64,000 nucleotides of DNA, from NCBI GenBank assembly GCA_008632985.1, contig QPGO01000069.1, forward strand, positions 1 to 64,000, given 5' to 3'. The notes below the pieces were generated by a model that was not told the DNA's origin, did no database searches, and worked only from the letters and a program-made list of their open reading frames with translations. A program made the translations under genes and the position numbers. The first letter of the stretch is position 1. Each line of letters begins with the position of its first letter. Below are positions 60,312 through 64,000 of this stretch, one piece after another. The stretch comes from Psammoneis japonica (Eukaryota).

Positions 60312-60957
60312 AGACGCATTTGCCTCACAACAAAGACTGCTAGCTGCAAGATAATGGGCTGAACTGCATTCTTTGGAAGAAGAGTTTGTATCCCCTATTG
60401 TCTTGCTCCGATTTCACAAGAAGGTTCTCCACCCGGGACCTGCTGCATCATCCTTGTTTGCTGTCGGTGTCGAGAGAATCGACTACCCACAACACGACGA
60501 CAGGATCACCAGTAGCTGGACATTTAGAGTCCTCGGGTCGAACCTTTCCAACATTTTTTAGAATCCTCGACTCATAATGTTAAACTATGAGCGATGAGTG
60601 CATAATATTTTAGCCACATAAAGTGATTTCCCGGTGATCGTCTTGGAGCATAGTGAGGGATCAACATGATAGTCTCTAGCTAGAGCTAGCTACCCTAGTA
60701 GAGTCACAACAACATGACACTTCAAATCGCAGTCGCGCAAAACTCAACTTGAATATGGAATTTTAATAAAGATCAAGACTTCTGAATAAGAGAATCGCGG
60801 TTATCCAGTTCCACCATATGCCTGCTCACAGACTCACATAACACAGAATCCAGAATACGCCTCACGCCTCACTCTTCCCACTTGAAACCGCATGTCACAG
60901 ATCCCTCTCCCTCTGCCGGTGTCTCTGAATAGCAACAAAGTAGCTGAGATCTTGATA

Positions 60958-62400
60958 ATGAAATCTTAGCCTTGTTGAATTTATTGTGGTGCTGTCGTCT
61001 GTAGACGGCAGTGACAAAGACGATGCCGCTTCCTCGTTTTCACGCGGCATGGCTGCTCAGGCTTCTCACTACACAAATCCATCAAGTCCAATTGTCAAGA
61101 GGCGACAATTTCCTCAAGACAAACCGCAAGTGTGCCTGGCCTTTCTCAGCTGTTGTGGACGTACCGATTTATTAAATCACACGTTGGCTGCAGCAATTCG
61201 TCACATGGAAGAGGATGAACCGTCCGATTTGCGGTATGAAATTGCGTGGGTCGACAATGGGAGTGGCGCCGACAAAACGTCCTTGATTGAAGAATCGTTT
61301 CAAATAGAGCATGCTCTGCCCATGCAACAGAATGCCGGCTTGGCGTATGGGGATAATTTGCTCATTTTCAATCTCTGCACTGCGCCATATATTTTACTGA
61401 TGGAAGAAGACTGGCTCTATCTGGATGAGCTGGTCATGCCACAAACCGTAAAGAGAAAACGAGCTATTGCAACTGCGATTGCATTGACCGAATCCAATGT
61501 TGTCGCATATGATGGACGAAAAGTGATGGGCGTCTTTTTGCGACAGGAAACGTACGGTTCCTTTCTGAAATGGCCCAACCATGACATTTGGGAAACGACA
61601 ACTGTGGATTTGAATACAGTGCTGGCGCCACAACCGATGACCAACAACGAGATACGACCAATGAGATATCGGTTGACTACCAAATCTTTTGTGCCGATAC
61701 GAGTTTTCAATCAGGATATGTTTGGGGATCTTACACAAATGGCGTTGGTTTGTATTCTCGTGAAGCACTCATGGATATCGGCCGCATGTATGGCGAGCCG
61801 AGCGATGCCTTTCACAGTCGCTTCGTGGAGGGCAACTATGCCTACCGTGCAGGCCTAAAGTACTGTCATGCTGCCATTCATCTAGATGACGACCCTACTT
61901 GCCGAGAGATTTCAAATCCTGCCTGTGTCGCTGCCTTTTATCACATTGGTGGTGGACGTGGCACACAGCCAAGCTCGAGAGAAGGTAGCAAGTGCATGGA
62001 CGATGCATGGTATTTTTACAAGACACCAATGTACGACAAGTATCTCAAAATGAAGGAGCTCAGTGGACAGGGTGCTGAGGTGTGTTCAGCGCAAGATCTA
62101 GCCGAGATTACCGCGGCAGAAGCAAAACACAAAGATACAGAGGAATACCGAAAGGCGGTGGAAGAAACCAACAAGCGCGTGTTTGAAGAAGAACGTAAGC
62201 AACGGGAAACAATGCGTCAACAGGCCCAGGTGATTCGATCTACGAATCCCGACATTTTGAGACAAACTGTTCCGTGGATGGCACAATTGTCCAACGAGGA
62301 AATTATTGCCTTTGCCGACAAGATGGAGCGCATGGTAGATAGCGCCCATCCGTTGCAGGGCTTTTGGGATAGTCATGGTCGAGTTTTAAATAACAAGTAG
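60958..62400 (+). CDS. GT-A fold (family 2-like) glycosyltransferase-like protein
   Basis: VCLAFLSCCGRTDLL, YEIAWVDNGS, NAGLAYG, YILLMEEDW. The two ORFs join through a 1-bp slip near 61625. The start near 60958 is uncertain. Confidence 0.65.
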
Positions 62401-62473
62401 CCGTCCAATTTTGATCAAGTGTAACACTAGCGGTTTTGAAATTTTTACGCACTTTGCCATCTAGAAATGAGAT

Positions 62474-64000
62474 CTATTTGGAAACCTTGGCAATAAAGAG
62501 CGGCCCGGCCACAAGAATCGTCGTTGACAACAACTTGATGACCACATGAAGAGATGGTCCAGCTGTGTCTTTCTGTGTATTGAACGCGTGGATGCGGAGC
62601 AAGAGGCTGGGGTAAGATAGAACATGCACGGCGAATCGGCATTGGCAGACAAGAACAAGAAGATACTCACAAATGGGTCTCCCACTGTATCTCCCGTAAC
62701 AGAGGCTTTATGAGCTTCTGAGTTCTTTCCTCCAAAGTGTCCTAATTCAATGTATTTCTTTGCATTATCCCAAGCACCACCAGTGGTATCCAAGAATAAC
62801 GCCATTAGAATTCCTGTCACTGTCCCAAACATGAGATAGGCAGCCAGCACTTCGGCTCCAAGGAGAGGTTTGTTGAAAGCCTCGCCGACAAAGCGAAAGA
62901 CCAAGCCACCATGACGGGAGTAATGACACAAACCAAGCCAGGGAATCGCATTTCGCGTAGCGCCGCTCTGGTTACGAGCCAACACATCGTTCGTAGTTGG
63001 GTTTGGCCTTGTATGTCATAATGTCTGGATTCTCTTCAAACTGTCTTCTACTTCCAGAACCACCTCATGGGCAGTTCGGCCAACGGCAGAAATGGCGAGT
63101 CCTGTAAAGTAAAAGATAATCATGCTCCCAATCAGACCACCCACTAGTACTTCTGGAGTTGCAATATCGACTGCTTTGAATTCAATGCCTGAAATTCCGA
63201 GAACTCATCCATAAATGCACCAAACAATAGAAAGCACGCCATGCTAGCGGATCCAATCGAGTATCCCTTGGTGACAGCCTTTGTCACGTTCCCGGCAGCG
63301 TCCAGTCGATCAGTTACATCTCTACTTCTTCTGGTTGCATCGACATTTCCGCAATGCCACCGGCATTGTCAGCTATCGGTCCGTAATTGTTCATGCTCAA
63401 GATGTAGACTGCGTTACTCAACATGCCCATGGTAGCCACAGCCGTTCCAAATAGACCGGCATTTCGGCCATTACCAATACCAGTGCTGGCACCCAAGTGG
63501 TAAGCAAGCAAAACACAAACCGCCACTGTAATGGTTGGGATAAAACACGCCTTCATTCCGACACTGATACCAACAATAATGTTGGTTCCGTGACCCGTGG
63601 TGCTTGCTTCGGAAATGCTTTGAACCGGTCTGTAATCGTAATCAGTGTAGTATTGAGTCGAAAGGACAATGACATAGGCACAAACCACGCCGACTATGCC
63701 ACATAGAAAATACTTGAAACCCGAGCCCGGGTTGGTGGGATCCTCCAAGAGCCACGCTGTAATAACATAGAATCCAGCCACGGACAGTCCCAACGCGACT
63801 CGATAACCTTTTTGGAGTTGAATCATGGGATTACTGTCAGCGTGTCCCTGAGAGTACCCAACAAACGCAATGCCAATACTCGACACAATGATATCCATAG
63901 CATGAACAACCAGAGGAAAGAATAGAAACTTGTTGGCATTGTACCGCTCCATGCCAGACTCGCTCGATAGAGTGGATCCTAGAATCATGGCTCCAATAAT
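62474..64000 (-). CDS. Membrane H+-translocating pyrophosphatase, K+-independent (AVP2-like) type, 3' part; last intron 62573-62670
   Basis: [28 protein letters not shown] (Lys at the K+-independence site), [29 protein letters not shown]. Several 1-bp frameshifts. Gene runs off the window. Confidence 0.92.

Noticed and set aside
14750..63400. Frameshifts in PHO88-ankyrin (~14763), oxidoreductase (~18832), DGAT2 (~35497, ~36199, ~36228), glycosyltransferase (~61625) and H+-PPase as pseudogenisation or programmed frameshifting
   Set aside because: The sites I checked are repaired by adding one base to a short homopolymer and the proteins are otherwise intact, which is typical of long-read consensus errors. 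The H+-PPase sites were not resolved individually.

Overview
Eukaryotic genomic window, most likely a diatom: compact genes with short GT-AG introns and CoDi-like Ty1/copia elements. Several genes carry 1-bp homopolymer indels that look like long-read assembly errors. Gene islands include a class 3 lipase, an RluA-type pseudouridine synthase, PHO88-ankyrin, alanine aminotransferase, an FAD oxidoreductase, a duplicated F-box-like Cys-rich gene, NudC, glycolate oxidase-like, DGAT2, CDC123, a multi-PAS sensor, an FG-GAP surface protein, a GT2-like glycosyltransferase and an H+-PPase. These alternate with transposon blocks: a gypsy end, three copia elements, a CRE-like non-LTR remnant and unassigned relics. 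The main signal is a transposon-restricted hypermutation on both strands that converts TpA to TpG or CpA (A-to-G at 5'-TA), the reverse of fungal RIP. It shows directly in an LTR pair (9 of 10 substitutions) and in an internal tandem duplication. It also turns conserved Tyr into Cys or His in gypsy, copia and non-LTR proteins. It precedes CpG decay, stops near gene-proximal edges, and leaves a recent 3.2-kb gene duplication untouched. Intergenic DNA, by contrast, carries TpA-dense islands built on the palindrome CTCTAGCTAGAG. All counts are hand tallies; no database search was run.
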